Below, in pieces: positions 45,770-58,800 of a DNA stretch of 64,000 nucleotides. Under the pieces are notes generated by a model that saw only the letters and a list, made by a program, of their open reading frames with translations, made no database searches and was not told where the DNA came from. The translations under genes were made by a program, and so were the position numbers. The DNA comes from Vicugna vicugna (Eukaryota), in NCBI GenBank assembly GCA_013265495.1, contig MU058198.1:1314419-1378418 (forward strand), in the 5' to 3' direction. How positions within the stretch are numbered: the first letter of the stretch is position 1; each line of letters opens with the position of its first letter.

Positions 45770-48700
45770 TCCCTTGAGTGCTAACATGTCCTCCATCGTC
45801 ACGTCATCCCTAACTCTTGCTGCAATGTACCTCTACATGTCCTTGATCTTGGTATATGCCACAGTAATCGAGCATGCCAATGTCCTGGGAGACTTGACGA
45901 TCATGTCAAGAGACTCTGATCATAGTTCACTTGAGTAGTATGAATCTTGATATCATCAGCTCCATGGATGAGAATAATCGGCTAACGTGGTGGGGCTTAG
46001 CCGTTGTTTGGCACAGAAACACGAGAGGAGGTTGCACCTGCATTTCCTTCCTCCTCCCCAAACTGTGTCTTATAAATCGCTGTCCCTTTAACCGCAGGTT
46101 GTCCAGAGAAACAACAGCTGTCTTCCCAGAGGATTGGGATCCTTCCAACTGCACACTAGAGACTCAGGGTTATGCTGGCATAGATGCCACCAAAAGAAAA
46201 AAAGGAAGGAAGCAATTTTCTGGCAGATACAGAGCTGAGTCTTTGTGAAAGAGCTGAAGGCCCTTCTGGATCAATAACACCATTTTCTGGTAAGGAAAAA
46301 AAAATGCATGTGGTAACAAGGAAGTGACTTTAGTAAATGAGAACTTGTGAAAGTATATTTAAATCTATAGAAAGCAGTAAGAGAAGAGTCACATTGTCTT
46401 GCCTTAACAGGATAACCGCAGACCCTGGAGAAAAATGTCTCTTTGATTGGAAAATGGACAGTTCTCCTACTTTAGGAAGGTTGGTAGAAATATAGCAAAA
46501 ATATGTGATAGTATTTTTTTTCATTGGCTTTGGAGACAAGTGCAGGTTGGAATTTGTGCTACTTACTAGATGAATGGCCTTCGGTAAATTGCTCACCCCC
46601 TAGTGCCTCAGTCATCTTATATGTAAAATGAAATGCCTGCCTCCAAGGGCTGTTGAGAGAATTAAACAAGATGTTGCAGGGAAATACTTAATGCAGTGCT
46701 TAGTGCACGCTGCTGTTCAAGCTTCCCCTAACACACTGGAAATAACTAAGACTTCAGAAATCACCTAGTTGAACTCTCCCTTTTACAGATACTTTCTAGA
46801 GATCTTTTGTTAAGCATATTTATATACAGATTTCTAGAGAGAGAACATCTTGACCCAAAATAATCAGTAACCCTTAGCTTTGATCCTGGAATCATATTAA
46901 CTTCCCACAGAATCCTAAGTCAAGAAATAGGTCTCTTCAGGGCAGAATGGCAGCTCTTCAGAGCTTCGTGGTCACTAACAATCATGTTTGCATATGCAAG
47001 ACCTATTTCACTCTGTCTATGCCCATAACACAGGAAATGCTGAAGCATATATTCAGATCAGATCTGTTTATGATATAGCTTTAGATTTGTTGATATGTTA
47101 ATTTGGTGATTTAGTAAGATATGTAAATTCTTCCATGGAGATACGGAAACTAAGAACGATTCATGAAAAAAAAATCATTTTTCGATTTGGAGAAGATGGA
47201 GAGGAAATTTACATTACCACTATCCACTGTATTTCCTGCACTGTTCTTTCTAGGAAGCAAGAATATTCCAGGTATCCCATATCTGAAGAGTCTTTTTAAT
47301 TCATCATTAAACTGGGATCAAGAAAGGTCAAAATACAGATGTAAGTGAAGGCTAGAATGCTTCAGACTGATAGGAGCACATTTCAGCCCCAAGAGCGTGG
47401 AGCACAGTGACAGGGCATTAAAAGAGGCAGAAGTAAGATGTTGGCAGCCCCAATCCAATACTTTTCGAGAGTTTTTTGTATGTCAAGCAACTAAAACCTT
47501 CTACCATAAACAGTTCCGAGGTCTGATTTTTAATGTACAGCATTTATTGTGTCCTAGTCACATACCAGGCACTGTGCTAAGGCACTCATTTAAACCCCAC
47601 AAGTAGCCAACGTAGAGGATATTATCATTACTCTCATTGCTCAAGATGAAATGAGACTTGGAGAAGTTAAGCAGCTTGACAAAGGCCATCCAGAAAGGCA
47701 AGTGTGTATGCAAGTTAGTGTGTGGTCGGCAGGTGTGTGAATGTGTATATGGGTAGTGTATGTGCATGTGAACCTGCATGTGTGCATGTGCATGTGTGCA
47801 TGGTGTGTTTAGGAGGATGAGTTCTCGCTTTCGGCAGAATGCTAAATCATGAATGCTAAATTATTGCCTCATCTCCTCCCCCTCCCCTCCTCTTTGTTAC
47901 TCTTGATGTCTCCAGCACCCTTCCAGAAATTTGCCAAAGAAAGGCATGCTCGGTCTTCTTTCCACCTGGACATAATAAAAACTTTATACCAATGATATTG
48001 CCAAAAATAGCTCTTCCTGGGTTACAGTAAATTTGCATTTGCACCAAGTGGGCCTCTCTCTTTTCTAGACGTCACTTTGAACAGCAAGGAGGGTTTGGTA
48101 CACTCTACACCCTTTGTTTAGTGTGCATTTGTTGTCACCGTGCTACAGACCCAGGCAGTTGCAGATTTTTGCACCGGCAGATTTCTCCACTCCATGCAAG
48201 TCAACTAAGTAGGACTGAAGGGCTAAAGGGTGAGGGCACCAACAAGGCCATCAATAAGAAACCTTTATTGAAGACGGCATCACGAAGGAAACTGAAGAGC
48301 AAAGAGAGAAAGCGGGCAGGCTCCAAAGTCAGATCATACAGAGTCCAAGCTTGCCTCTGCCACCACAAGATGGATGACTTTCAGCAATTTACTCAAGTCG
48401 ATATGGGCCTCAGTTTCCCCATATGTAAGACAGAGATAATAATAACACCATCCTCACAAGCTTGTCGTGGATAATAAATGATATCAGGAATGCAGAGTGC
48501 CTGGTTACAGCAAGCACTTAATAAACATTGGCTTCTGCTATTGAAGACAGCTCTATGAGACGTGTTAAGTGCCAAGGATGCAATACACAGCCTCTACCCA
48601 CGCCACCTTGGTAGGTTAGGGAGACAGAGCACGTATGTTAAAAACAATAGCGTTACTAACACAAGGTAGACAGCTGTTGCATGAGTAATATCATGCATGT

Positions 48701-49688
48701 TATGAAATTCAAAGGAAGACATAAATCACAGAATTAGAAAAAAAATGTTAGAATACAGATGGCAGTCCAGAAAGGGAAGGTTACTTTACCATCGTCACAA
48801 AGCTAGTTTTGAGAGAGCTGAGAGTCAAGTGCAGGTCTCCTGATTCATACTGTAAGACTGTTTCATGGAACTATGCTGCAGTAGTACTAACGAAAATAAT
48901 CTTAATCTTAACAATAGCATTCGTTAACATTCTGAAGACACGTATTAGATGGTAGGCATTTTATACACATTATCTTATTAAATCTTCATAATAATCCGAG
49001 GAGAGAGGTACTGCATTTTCCCCCATCTTACATATGAGAAAATTGAGGTACAGGAAAGATAAGTAATTCTCCCAAAGCTTACAGCCACAAAACGGCTGAG
49101 CCAGGATTAAAATCACGGTTTCTAACCAGTTATAAAGAAGAGCTGCAGGAGAGAGGAAGGTGGGGTGGGCAGAAGCAAGAGGAATGACAGACCAAATCTT
49201 AGTGGTGGGAATGGACATTCATGAAAAGTGAGTGGGCTGCTTTTAGTGGAAGAGGAAATTCATGTAGAATCGTTAGCAGCTATGGTTTGAACAGAGTCAG
49301 AGGCAGACAGATGGAGGCCTTGAATGTCAATCCAGGCAGCAAGTGTTCTTTTCAACCATGGTTTGTTTGGGGGAAAGGTAGGGACAGAAGATGGGAGCTT
49401 GACTCTATAGTTGTGGGTTGTTGTGTTTTTAAGACTAACCTGGTCATGGACAGAATGTTGAGGGAGAGTCTGGTGGCAATGAGACTGGTCAGTGGCTAAC
49501 TGTCTCAACGATGAAGAAGGATGGGGTGTTTCTCAGGTGTTCCACAGCTTCCTGGGGGCACACAGCTACCAGTACACTTCCCAGTCGCACCACAGAGCAC
49601 CGGGAGAGGCTAACACTCCCCACCCATCTTTCCCCACAGACGGCAGTACTTCCACATCCATATACGCTGACAAAGCTCTTCGAGAATC

Positions 49689-49889
49689 ATGAAGATTTTT
49701 TTCCGCTCCCAGATGCTCAGACTCATCTGGCTCACCAAGCCATCTGGCCGGTGCTTTCACAGAGATCACCAGCTTTGGATGCCTCTAACTCTGGATGACT
49801 TTGAAGCCATAAATCGCTGTGAGAGATCACTGCCTAAGAACTTTAACTTTGCTGGGGATGTGCTGGACCAGTGGTCCCGAAAAGAGAAG
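49689..49889 (+). CDS. ACSM4: ACSM4 first coding exon (mitochondrial-presequence-like N-terminus)
   Basis: ATG 49689; ...[17 protein letters not shown]|gtacat; 201 bp. Confidence 0.94.
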
Positions 49890-52800
49890 GTACATGATGG
49901 GCTTCCCTCAAATGCTTGGTGTCCACCTGTATCTCAGCCTTCTATTTCCTTGTTCTGTGATCCACTTTTAATTTGATTCTTTCATCCCTCTTGGTTTCCT
50001 TTGTTTGTTTTCTAGTTGCCCTCTTCTCTCCCCAGGGAAGATCTTTGATCCTTAACTACGAAGGGCTGTCTTTCTCTGGAACCTCCTTGGTCCCCCTCAT
50101 CATAGTCACTCACACAGTTTTGCCTCTTTCCCTTTGTTTTCTCCAAGTTGCACATAGCAGCTTTCTGCTCTTGAATCATTTGTTTGGGCTGGTCACCGGC
50201 TTACCAAAAAGCAGTCATTTGAGCTTTGGTTTTATGAATAGTCATTGTTGGAGCAATTGGAGAGAAGCAGAGGTTGAGAAGAATAACATGATAAGCCTTA
50301 CAAAGTGTTTAGTGCAGCCCCAGGTCAAGGTCCCTGCTTACTGACTGCCACCCCCTGCCAGGCACTGAGCTAAACACTTTACCTATCGGTGCTTCAGAAA
50401 ATATACTAGATATCCGAAGTATTAAATAATGTCAAATCAATGCTTCCTATTAAATAGAGGGGAAAGTCTCCCTTTAAATCCATTATCTTTAACAGTTCCC
50501 TTACACTTGCTAAACTCTCTTTTGAACAGAAAGAGCAAATTGAAGTTGAAAATCTCTAGACGAAATTTAAGAACATATTGTGTTTTCAGTATAGATATTT
50601 ATTTTTCAGTAACCCATTATTAGCAAGGGGTACTGATTTTCCCATTACGGTGATAATTAAATGCATTTTAATCTTCTTAAGTAAATGCACACAAGTAAAA
50701 GTGAGTTGATGTGAAGAAAAATACAAAGAATGATAGCACAGGTGTAGAAAGATCTGGCAAAATGGTGATACTCAAATGACTAAAGATTGAGAAATACTAA
50801 CCTGTATATTATTTCATCAAATCCCCATCTCCACCCTGGGAGGTTGCAGATAAGGAACTTAACCTTATAGAAGTCATCCAAGGTCACCAGTTCCAGAAGT
50901 AATGAACCAGCTCTTGATCTTACAAAGCTTTCATCCGTAGGACAGGGACGCATCTGTCGTACTGTGCATGTGACGGAGTCGCCTCAGATGTGAGCACAAT
51001 GCTGCAGGGACACAGAGACGTTGCAGAGGAGAAGGGGGGTTGCTAAGAAAGGTTTCACAGAGGAAGGGAAATGGAAATTGGGCTTTGAAATATTTTCCAA
51101 CCAGGGAAGGTAAAAAGAACATTCCAGATAGAGGAAGAAAGGGGGAGTAATTTCCCCCCTCCCAGGTAATACATAAAGCAGAGTTTTCGCAGGACACAAG
51201 ACTCACTTTGTATCAGCTTCCTCTAGAAATAAATTAAGTTGATGCTCCTCCCCCAAAGGCCCTCCAACTTGTTCTTTGTTACCTATAAAACCTATAAGTC
51301 AGCCTTTTGGGTGAAAGAAGATAAGTTCTTACTCAGTACATCTGTTAGTGGATAAAGAGATGCCGGAAGTAGGAAGCCCAGTGAAAGCATGGGTCCATGC
51401 TTGTCAGTTGAGAAGGGATTCTCAGCAGAGGCAGAGAAACAAAGTGGAAAAACTGCTTTACTGCTCAAAAGGAAGAGAGACAGGGAAAAGGAGAACGCTT
51501 GAGAGGGGAGCTGCCAACCAGGTCACCGGATGAAACAGCCCTACACTCCCACCCCCTCATTGGGCCATGAGGTCTTTTACTGGAGTCCTCTGCCATCATC
51601 ATCTTTATTTCAGTGGTGGGAAAGCCAGTCACCTTCTTGTTATGGGTTCTTTCCTCCTGCGGAGCTCAGCCCTTGAACAGAAACTTCGGTGGGAAAGAGA
51701 ACAAAGCAAGAGGTACTGGGTTATGTCCTTGGGATTAAGGCAGCCGCTGAACTGCCTTAATGGAACATAAAACATCCTATGATACAGCCATGTCCTTGGA
51801 ACCAAGGAATCAGCGGTGGGATAAGAGAAACATCCCGATTTTTAACAGCCTGGCACTTTCTTCTCCTTATTGATAATCAGCCGGGGTCAGCAAACCTACC
51901 TAATCACCTCGCTCACATCCATCAGGGTTTGGGGATGGGTCAGAATCTATCCTAAGCAAGAAAGAAATTTATTGGGAGGTTATGGGATCACTTGCAAAAT
52001 TGGGTTGAAAGCTGGAGGCTTAGCGTGGACAGGAACCAGGACGGAGGCATAGGTACCAAGAGCCCAGGGAAAGGTTTTGCTTCAATCATTTTCCATCTTT
52101 TGCTTCTTCTCAGAAAACTCAAAATCAGGGAGAGAAGGTGTGATTGGCCCAACTTGGCTGATCAGGGAAGGATGAGAACCCTCAGGGTTTGTCTCACCAA
52201 GGCTGTGTTCAAGCGGAGAGCAGCAGTCCCCACAAGGGCAAACTGGGGTGCTGTTACTGGGAAGTCATGACAAATGTCCTGTCTATTTGGTGACCACTCA
52301 TAGTCACGTCTTCTCTCTTCCCCATGTGCTCATGCATGCCCAGACAGGAGAGAGACCGGCCAGCCCAGCCCTGTGGTGGGTGAACGGCAAAGAGGACGAG
52401 GTGAAGTGGAGCTTTGGAGAATTGGGCTCCTTGTCCCGAAAGGCTGCCAATGTGCTCACCAAGCCCTGTGGCTTAGAGAGAGGAGACAGAGTGGCCGTGA
52501 TTCTGCCCAGAATCCCAGAATGGTGGCTCATAATCGTGGCTTGTATGAGAACAGGTCAGTGCTAATATTTAACATTTCTAAATCTTTCAGAAACAGAGAC
52601 CAAGTTGAGATTTTTCTGAATTGTTCATTCAGACTGAAGCTATGATTTCAAAGGACAGAAAAATAAGAGTTGAAATTAGAAGCAATCCTGATGCAATAAT
52701 AATAATAACTACTGTAAGAGGTAAATATTATTGTGATGTTCATTTTGGAAGAGAGGAAACTGAGGTTCAGAGAGGTTAAGAAGCTTGCCCAGAGTCACAC

Positions 52801-55800
52801 AGCTAGAAAGGTATGGAATTGGGACTTACAGAATTAGAGCCAGAGACTGTCAGAGTCTGAAGCCAGTGCTCTAAGGATGTCCCAGTGAACAGCATCCTTT
52901 GAGACATCCCTGGGACCAAGGCAAGGGAAGCTGAAGGCTCATTTCTGAAACTCCTCCCTACCCAGGCACAAAGCCCAAGTTTCCATAGTCCCTAGTCTTA
53001 CTTAATGCTCAACAGTTCTGTTCAGCTCAGGGCCCTCTCATTTCCCAGGGCTTGTCTTCATGCCGGGAACAACCCAGTTGACAGCAAAAGACATCCTCTA
53101 TCGGCTGCGAGCATCCAAGGCCAAGTGCATTGTGACCAGCGAGGAGGTGATCCCGGCAGTGGAGTCCATCGTGTCAGAGTGTCCAGACTTGAAGACCAAA
53201 CTCCTGGTGTCCCCACACAACAGGAGTGGGTGGCACAGCTTCCAAGAGTTACTTCAGTGAGTATTTTGCCCTACGTTATCCGCAGTACCAGCAGTAACAC
53301 CAATCACAACTACATCTCAGAGTCTCCTTGCCTCCAAGGACTCAGCATACTGTGGGTTGATGTAGGCTCCTTCCCAGAAAAAAATCACCTAATAAAAGGT
53401 TTTTAAGGACAGAGAAAGGGGATGTAGCTCTGCTTCCATTTTCCGGCTTCCTTCTGTGGACTGAGATGAGCATCCTGCCTGGCAAGGCCTTTGCATAACT
53501 CTGGCCTCCGTTTTATTACTCAAACATGGCCCACCTCAGGGCCTTTGCACCTGCTATGTCTTCCACTTGGAATGCTCTTCCTCAGTCCTTTTCACAGTTG
53601 ACTCCTTCCTGTCAGATTTCAGCTTGAACATTTTTCCTCGGCGAGGCTGTCCCTGACTGCCCTATCAAGAGTAGAGTTCCAAGCCTCTCTATCACGTCAT
53701 CCTATTGTTTTCTTCATAGTACATCAGTATCCAAATATCATATCCATTCATTTATTCCTTTATTTGCCATCTATTTTTATCCTCTACAGTACGGGTTAGC
53801 AAATTAGGGCCCATGGGCTGATTCTGGCTGGGCATTCCTTTTTATAAATAAAGTTTTATTGGAACACAGCCACAAGCCACACTCATTTTTTTTTTACATA
53901 TTGTCTATGGCCGCTCTCATCTTACAAGAGTAGAACTGAGTAGTTGTAGCAGAGAACCTATGACCTACAAAGCCTAAGATATTTACTCTCTGGTCCTTTA
54001 AAGAAAAAAATTTGCCAACCCCTTTCCCAAACTGTAAGCTCCAAGAAGGCAGAGGCACTATCTGTCTGTCTGATTGATCAGTCTATCCCCAGTTCCTACC
54101 ATTTAGTTGGGGCTTAACAAATACTAACTGATGAATGAATAAACAAAATAGATCACTTAACCTCAGTTTTCCTTATATGTAAAATGGGGATAATTATGCA
54201 GCACATATCTCAAGTGTTGTTTTGAGGGTAAAATAAACTAATATGTGAGAAAGTCCTTCCTAAACTATTTTTTTTTAAAAAGAAGTCAAATGTTGTTATG
54301 GTATTGTCCTTCAAAGAAATGTTTAAATGCTCATGTTGTTTTTAAAAAATTCCTCCAGAGAAGTTTATAGAAAGAAGACATAAAACCCTCAATAAATGCA
54401 GTTTCCTTTGTTGGAATGAAATTTTATCCTACTAATTAATGTAAACCAAATCCTATTGGCCAATCCCAGAATTCTCTCCAGGGCTATGCCAGTGAATCCT
54501 GCTTGTGTCTTTTATAAACTGTGTAACTTTGAGTAAGTCTAGTAACATCTCTGAAACTCTGTGTCTTTTCCATAAAATGGGGATTAGGATGGTATCTACC
54601 TCATGGGGTTATAGAAGAATCAAATGTGATGAAGCATGTGAAGTGCTGAGCACATGCCGGACACAGACTAATCACTCCATAAACAGTACAATAATTATCA
54701 TTACTATTATTATCCTCAAGTTAATAAAGTCATTCAGCAGTGCAGTGATTTCCTAAGGGTAGTGGTATCCAGATTGAAAATGCACATAACTCAGTAAAAT
54801 ATTTTTTAACACATTCCTCTGATACGTGTAGATTTATTTATACCTTATATACATGTACTTTAGTGCATCGTTCACATATCAAAAATAAACATTTTAACGA
54901 ATGAATTAAAAAATACATATAGTTTGAAGTTCTTCTATTTTCTTCTCCATCCCAGTTGTCCTGCATGTCCCCTGGGCAGCAGGCACCCCCACTTCTAAGA
55001 CCCCTGTCCTGAACAACTCGGCAATGTTCTGCTGAGTCCCCAGGAATCTTAAAGTTACCACAAAATTCACAAAAAGCAAAGGACTTTGAACCCACGTGAA
55101 TTTCAAATCCAAATTTCTACATTTGGGGGATATTTTTCAAGATAAGGGGAGTCCCCACTTCAAATAAACAACATTGGAGGATCCCAACTCAAAATAAGCC
55201 ATGGGTTCTTTCTCTAAAACCTAAGGAAAGGAGCTGTCATTTCCAATAGCTGGCCAGTCTCTCAGAAAACCACACATAGCAGTAACGACGGCTAATTTTG
55301 CTTGGTTAGTGTCAGTCTCCTAGGAGTTCATTTTAAGGCCTCTCACCTTCCTTCTGCCTTCCAAGGATAGAAGTCTGTGAATAGGTTCCAGAATATTTAT
55401 AATGAGATGGGGAAAATGTCAAAATTATGGGTCAGACTGATGTTTCTTTTTTCCTATTCTAATGAAAAGGGCCCTTTCCTGAAGGTCTAGAATCCTGGTT
55501 TCTGGTCTTGAGGGGACTGAAATAGTGTTCCAGGCAGAAGAACAGCATGAACAAAAATACGGGAGTAAAACATTCCTAAGGTGTGCAGGGTATGGACAAG
55601 CGAACAGTTCTGGGTGTCTAGAGAGGAAAACACGAGGTTGAGTGGAGGGCAGAGGAGCAAGCAGACGCCAGATGATGGCCTCCCGTATGAAAACCTGACA
55701 CACATACTAAATCTTTCACTTGACCCTATAAACAAGGGAAGCCAATGACAAGTTTTAAGAGGGACGTGTCAAGGTCCGTTTGGGGTTTTAAGTACATTTT

Positions 55801-58800
55801 TCTGGCAACTATATAAAAAATAAATTTGAGAAGACCTAAACCGGAATCAGAGAGACCATCTTGCTGGCTAATCTAGGGGAAAGAGGATGAGGTTCTAACT
55901 CTTGTCTCTGGTAAATGGGATTGAGGGAAGGGCACACACCAAAGAAAAAAAAAATCCAAAAAGACGTAACTCAGGTATCCAAAGAGAGAGAGAGAGAGAA
56001 GTCAGACAATAGAAGAAACACTGCTTTAAAACCTTGTCACTCACAGACTGTAATGTCTTCTTGTTTAGTAAAAGGAAAAAATGAAAAGTCTTATAGAAAA
56101 TGTTTCCATACTGGATTGAGAAGCATTCAAATATAAGAGTTGGGTTTTTCATCTGTTTGTTTGTATTAGATACTGTGAAGAAATCCCCCTTTCTCCAGCC
56201 CAACACATACCAACTTCTCCCTATATTTACACTGAAAAAAATCAATACAATTGAATGATCTCTTTTTATTTGGTAGGGGGAGGAGGAGGCAAGTTACCAA
56301 GAAATTAATATTTCATGAAACTATGTTTGATAATATAGTATGTGTTTATATAGTTAAGCCTCACTGTTTTACAGATTCAATGACCGTCTTATTCACTCCT
56401 CATCAAGATGAATTTAAAATGGTCTCCTCAACCCTGATTCCTTCAACCTGGGATGTTAACGATGTGATACATGAGTCTCAAAAATTCTTAGGTGCTTTAC
56501 CAGTTATCCAATACTGAGTAGCAAACCAACCCAAAACTTAGTGGTGTAAACATTTCACTTGCTCGTGGTTCTGTAGGTTAGAAGTTCATGCCAGGAGAGG
56601 CAGCTTGTCTCTCCATCAGCTTGACTGGAGCTGGAGGATCCAAGCGGGTTTGGTCACAGGTTTGAGGCTTTGGTATTGGCCGTTAGCTAAACAGCTCACT
56701 TGTCCCACGTGGGCGCTCTCTCTCTAGCAGGACAGTATGAACATTTTTATATGATGGCTGCATCTCCAATAAACCTGAAATCTCTCTTGAGGCTTGTACT
56801 GAGAAGCCGCAGAACTTCTGCCAGATTCTGTTGGTGAAAGCAAGTCTTCAGGCCAGCCCATATTCAAGGAGAGAAGACACAGTCTCCACCCCTCAAGGAG
56901 GGAGTGGCATGCTTGTACAGGGATGGAAGGAATCGGTTGGGGCTGTCTACAAAGACAGTCTTACACAGATATTATTATCAGTTAAAATGCTCTTGGCTTC
57001 AGCTATAGAAGACCCAAGTAAACATGGCATAAACAATATAAACGATTTTATTGTATCACAAATCAGAAGCACAGAGGTAGAGTGGGATGGGAGATGATTG
57101 AATCAGAGGTTTCATGAAGTTAGCAATGGGCCCAGATTCAGCCATGCCATCCTCAGTGAGGATGATAATCTCCCTTGTGGTCCCAACATGGCTAAGGATA
57201 GTTCCAGACATCATGTACTTTCACAACAACATCCAAAGGCCAGAAAACAAGATGGGTGGGACGTGAGAAGGCAGTATTCCTCCTTTGTGACTCTTTTCAG
57301 AACAAGAAAATGTTCCATAAAGCCCTTAAATCTCTCACATAACCGCATCACGTTCTCATTCCTTACCCAATAGCTGGTAAGGGAAGAAATTACCATGATG
57401 GGCTTAAACTAGTCAAGATTCACCCCGTGGAGATATTTAGGAAAGTCTCCCCTGAAGCACATGACTGCCTGACACCAGAACAGAGTATTATCAGTTCAAG
57501 GAAGAACAATGGGATGCTATTTGGTAAGCAACTGTGTCTGCCAGTAATATTGAAGATATTGAATAAAAAGTATTAATAAGTTTGATTCAAATACCAAAAG
57601 ATCTTCCTTTAAGTCATAAAAACTCCTGAAATCTTATTAACAACTTAAAAGATTCAATACTGATTTTTAAAAATTTATAGATTTTTAAAAAGGCACTTAG
57701 GGGAAAATGTTTAAATAAATAAAAACTTTTTTGTTGTTATTGACGTTGAAAATTATCTTGGCTGTCTATTTGGCCTATAGGGAGGTGGAACTTTAAAATA
57801 AGACAGACAGAGAGAGAGAGTTATGAATTGTTCAATCTTAGCACTGATCTGCAAAATTCCTCTAAGATTTCTTGAGAAATTTCTCTCAGGGATACTTTGG
57901 ACTAGATTCTGTTCTATTAACTATCTTCTGGTATCAAGAGGAAAGAAGTAGCAGAGGAAAAGAAATATCAGAGCTAAACTGGTCTGCCATGTTCAGCCAC
58001 CATCTTGGGGTCCATATTTTGCAGAACTGCCCCTGCAGAGCACAGCTGTGTGGAGACAGGAAGTCAAGAACCAATGGCCATTTATTTCACCAGTGGGACC
58101 ACAGGCTCGCCCAAGATGGCCCAGCACTCTCAGAGCAGCCTTGGAATTGGGTACACCCTCTGTGGAAGGTAGGGAGGAAAACACTGTTTTTACTAAATTC
58201 TCCCCTGAGCTGCCAACATGTGCATCCAGTTGCCTCGCTGGCCCCTCTACTTGGATGGCTGTTAGATATCTCTAACAAAACATCTACAAAACAAAACTCT
58301 TAATGTCCCTTACCCAAACTCGGCTCAATAAATGGCACCATCTAACCAACTGATCAAGCAAGAACTTAGGGGCTGACCTTGATTCAGTTCCCACAACAGC
58401 AAGTCTGGCTCCTTCTCCTTTTTGCCAAGTAAATTTACCAACTCAGAAAGGCCTTCCTAGATATCCTAAAACTATCACATTGTTTTCTTTTCCTCACAGC
58501 ACTCATCACTATTTGAAATTATGATATTTATTTATATGTGCATCTTTTTGTATGCTCATTCACTATCTATCTCCTTGAAATAAAGGCAGAGAACTGGTCT
58601 ATCTTGTTCACTGCTGTTGAACAGTGCTTATCATTTAATATTTGCTCACTAAATGTTTGTCATGTCAATGGACGAACTCAGAAAATCACGCCAAACCCAG
58701 CCTCCCACCTCACTCTCAGACCACCCAAGATTCTGAAAAACTCCTCCAACAAGAGTGGGAGGTAGAATGCCTCACCTGCCGTGAGGCTTCTTGTGACTCT

